A stretch of DNA of 64,000 nucleotides from an uncultured Bacteroidales bacterium. Lineage in GTDB: Bacteria > Bacteroidota > Bacteroidia > Bacteroidales > WCHB1-69. Below the pieces are notes generated by a model, which saw only the letters and a program-made list of their open reading frames with translations, ran no database searches and was not told the DNA's origin. Each line of letters begins with the position of its first letter. The first letter of the stretch is position 1. The DNA lies in contig CAMJXE010000005.1 in assembly GCA_946409645.1 (NCBI GenBank), forward strand, positions 6,631 to 70,630, read 5' to 3'. This document shows positions 61,768-64,000 of this stretch, one piece after another. The translations under genes and the position numbers were made by a program.

Positions 61768-62841
61768 TTAAATAATCAACATGGCATCACCGTAAGTGAG
61801 GAAGCGGTATTTCTCTGCCACCGCCTCTTTGTAGGCCTTCATCACGAAGTCGTAGCCACCGAACGCTGACACCATCATCAGCATAGAACTTTGTGGGGCA
61901 TGGAAGTTGGTAATCATAGCGTTGGCCACTTTGAAACGATACGGAGGATAGATGAACTTGTTGGTCCACATGTCCTCTTTGCCGTTCATTTCGGTAGTTT
62001 TCACCATGCCGCTGTCATAGACAGACGATTCCAAAGCCTTCATTGTGGTGGTGCCGACCACGGCAACTTTGTGACCGGCTTTTTTTGTTTCGTTGATTTT
62101 GTCGGCCACTTCCGCGCGAATAATCATACGCTCGGAGTCGGGTTTATGTTTCGACAAGTCTTCAACGTCAATATCGTTAAAATTACTTAATCCGGCGTGC
62201 AAAGTGATGTAGGTACGCTCAATACCCTTGATCTCCATCTTGGAGAGCAGGAAGCGACTGAAGTGGAAACCAGCGGCAGGAGCCACCACTGCACCTTCTT
62301 CAGTAGCATAAATGGTTTGATAATCAAACTCATCGTTTGGTTCTATGTCACGCAGACGCTGGATGTCGTTGGGCAGAGGAGTAGTGCCGATTTCCATCAA
62401 TTTCTTCTTGAACGCATCGTGATCACCGTCGAAGAGGAAGCGCAAGGTACGGCCACGGGAGGTCGTGTTGTCGATGACCTCCGCTACTAAACTGTCGTCT
62501 TCTGTAAAGGAAAGTTTATTTCCGATACGAATTTTGCGTGCGGGATCTACCAGCACGTCCCACAAACGACTCTCTTCGTCTAACTCTCTTAGAAGAAAAA
62601 CGCGAATTTGGGCGCGCGTTTGTTCTTTCTCACCGAACATCAAAGCCGGGAAGACGCGGGTGTTGTTCATCACAAACAAATCCCCTTCGTCAAAGTAATC
62701 AATAATATCTTTAAATAACTTATGCTCAATAGTTTTAGTCTTTCTATTGAGCACCATCATACGCGCCTCATCACGCTCTTCTGTAGGGTGAAGAGCTATC
62801 AATTCCTGAGGCAAATAATACTTAAATTCTGATAATTTCAT
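61768..62841 (-). CDS. queA: S-adenosylmethionine:tRNA ribosyltransferase-isomerase
   Basis: [31 protein letters not shown]. The start ATG 62841 lies 20 nt downstream of the -7 box. Confidence 0.9.
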   Translation of the reverse strand: MKLSEFKYYLPQELIALHPTEERDEARMMVLNRKTKTIEHKLFKDIIDYFDEGDLFVMNNTRVFPALMFGEKEQTRAQIRVFLLRELDEESRLWDVLVDPARKIRIGNKLSFTEDDSLVAEVIDNTTSRGRTLRFLFDGDHDAFKKKLMEIGTTPLPNDIQRLRDIEPNDEFDYQTIYATEEGAVVAPAAGFHFSRFLLSKMEIKGIERTYITLHAGLSNFNDIDVEDLSKHKPDSERMIIRAEVADKINETKKAGHKVAVVGTTTMKALESSVYDSGMVKTTEMNGKEDMWTNKFIYPPYRFKVANAMITNFHAPQSSMLMMVSAFGGYDFVMKAYKEAVAEKYRFLTYGDAMLII

Positions 62842-62860
62842 CAAATAAAATTTGGACGCG

Positions 62861-62868
62861 CAAAGATA
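62861..62868 (-). promoter_or_regulatory. -7 box TATCTTTG for queA
   Basis: The plus strand reads caaagata. It lies inside the longer ORF-track version of queA. Confidence 0.55.
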
Positions 62869-62887
62869 CAATATTTTTTGGCGTTTG

Positions 62888-63715
62888 TCAAGGTTTTTTT
62901 TTAGAAAAATTACTTAAAATTTTCTTAACTTCAATCGCTTCTTTGACATCGTGGACGCGCAAAATATCCGCTCCCTTCATCAATGCTACGGTATTGAGAG
63001 TCGTTGTCCCGTTCAACGCACCTTCAGGAGTAGTGCCCAATATTTTGTAAATCATTGATTTTCTAGAAATTCCAACCAAAACCGGCAGCCCAAGTTGTTG
63101 AAATACTTCGAGGTTGTCCATCAGAAAATAGTTCTGTTCCAAGGTTTTCCCGAATCCGAAACCTAGGTCGATGATAATATCGTGGACGTGATATGCGTGA
63201 AGTTTCTCCAACTGTCGCCCGAAGAACTGCAGCATATCGGCAAGGATGTCGTCGTATTCCGTATGTTGCTGCATATCAGACGGTTTTGATGTGGTATGCA
63301 TCAGGCAATAGGGCACTTGCAGCTCACCGACAATGGGAATCATGTCAGGGTCGAAAGTGCCGCCCGAGATGTCGTTGATCATATCAGCACCCGCCTCCAC
63401 CGCAGCTTTGGCCACTGCCGCACGATAGGTATCGATGGAGAGCACTGCCTCCGGATAGCGGACACGGATGGTGCGCACCGTCTTCACAATTCGCGAAATC
63501 TCCTCTTCTTCAGGAATTTCCATTGCATTCGGACGGGTGGACATGGCCCCGACATCGATGATGTCGCCACCTTCTGAAAGAATCTGCGCGGCACGTTTGA
63601 GTATGTTTTCCTCGTTCACGTATCGGCCCCCGTCATAGAACGAATCTTCTGTGACATTGAGGATGCCCATGATGATAGGCTCAGTAGCGTTAAGCTTTCC
63701 GTTGAAGTTGTACAT
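62888..63715 (-). CDS. folP: Dihydropteroate synthase
   Basis: [16 protein letters not shown].., [22 protein letters not shown]. Confidence 0.9.
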   Translation of the reverse strand: MYNFNGKLNATEPIIMGILNVTEDSFYDGGRYVNEENILKRAAQILSEGGDIIDVGAMSTRPNAMEIPEEEEISRIVKTVRTIRVRYPEAVLSIDTYRAAVAKAAVEAGADMINDISGGTFDPDMIPIVGELQVPYCLMHTTSKPSDMQQHTEYDDILADMLQFFGRQLEKLHAYHVHDIIIDLGFGFGKTLEQNYFLMDNLEVFQQLGLPVLVGISRKSMIYKILGTTPEGALNGTTTLNTVALMKGADILRVHDVKEAIEVKKILSNFSKKKP

Positions 63716-63740
63716 TTCTTTGGTATTAGTGTTTGGTGAT

Positions 63741-63803
63741 TAGTTAGTAGATAGTAGTTAGGGGTTGTCATGGTTAAAGTCATGGTTATAGTTATTGTTA
63801 TAG
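63741..63803. repeat. Short-period intergenic repeats upstream of folP (three 7-nt units, then three 12-nt units)
   Basis: tagttag tagatag tagttag; then catggttaaagt catggttatagt tattgttatagt. Confidence 0.6.
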
Positions 63804-63870
63804 TTATTTGCCGAGAAGCGACTGTGTTTAAATAACCATAAAGAATTCTATCACTACTATAATGTCAATG

Positions 63871-63903
63871 AACAAAAGAGGGACAGTCTTTCGACCATCC
63901 CTC
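63871..63903 (-). terminator. Intrinsic terminator downstream of the partial T9SS cargo gene
   Basis: The minus strand reads GAGGGA-tggtcgaaagactg-TCCCTC followed by TTTTGTT. Confidence 0.6.
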
Positions 63904-63933
63904 TTTATATCTATATATATGTATTAAGCAAAA

Positions 63934-64000
63934 TTACTTCACAACCACTTTGGTGGTGTAAGATTTGCCGTTTTGGTTGATCTTGAGCATGTAAACGCCG
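63934..64000 (-). CDS. 3' end of a gene encoding a protein with a T9SS (Por-type) C-terminal sorting domain; the rest lies outside the window
   Basis: The minus strand reads ..GVYMLKINQNGKSYTTKVVVK-stop, the typical last beta-strands of a T9SS CTD. Confidence 0.6.
   Translation of the reverse strand, partial: GVYMLKINQNGKSYTTKVVVK

Noticed and set aside
1-64000. Search for transposase, integrase, IS inverted repeats, prophage or conjugation genes that could explain the cassette insertions
   Set aside because: None of the ORFs in any frame shows recombinase, transposase or phage structural motifs. The mobility of the cassettes therefore remains an inference that needs the rest of the genome.

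Overview
This 64-kb chromosomal segment reads as Bacteroidota, probably Bacteroidales/Prevotella-like. Support for that: T9SS C-terminal sorting domains, TAnnTTTG -7 promoter boxes 10-50 nt upstream of many start codons, A-rich leaders without Shine-Dalgarno sequences, and typical Bacteroidales gene content. Most of the window is housekeeping: polyprenyl synthase-mrdA-rodA, pta, polA, ispD, mutS, trmO, murB, yggS, nfo, purM, queA, folP, tRNA-Arg(CCG) and tRNA-Glu(CUC). There are also envelope genes (LolE-like permease, GT9, an Omp85-like barrel, an AsmA-like protein) and two TolC/HlyD/MacB-type efflux clusters. The first efflux cluster (18.7-23.4 kb) is compact. The second (37.3-59.6 kb: TolC, HlyD, three MacB-like double-FtsX permease paralogues, one ABC ATPase, and a sigma-54 response regulator plus histidine kinase) is the accessory hotspot. 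It is interrupted at its junctions by four single-gene AAA+ ATPase/PD-(D/E)xK-nuclease cassettes. It also carries two orphan copies of the permease 3' end, a HigB/HigA-like pair, a hypothetical gene preceded by a divergent array of 11-bp repeats, and gene remnants. Three non-coding repeat systems run through the window. REP-A is a 30-bp palindrome with 10 copies, three of them in frame inside an ECF-sigma fusion gene. REP-B is a composite hairpin element with 7 copies, all in the same orientation 17-33 nt upstream of a start codon. The third is a set of imperfect heptanucleotide arrays at gene boundaries. I saw no rRNA, CRISPR array, transposase or integrase. All calls come from reading the sequence and the ORF translations; no database search was run, and identities quoted as 'by eye' are not computed.
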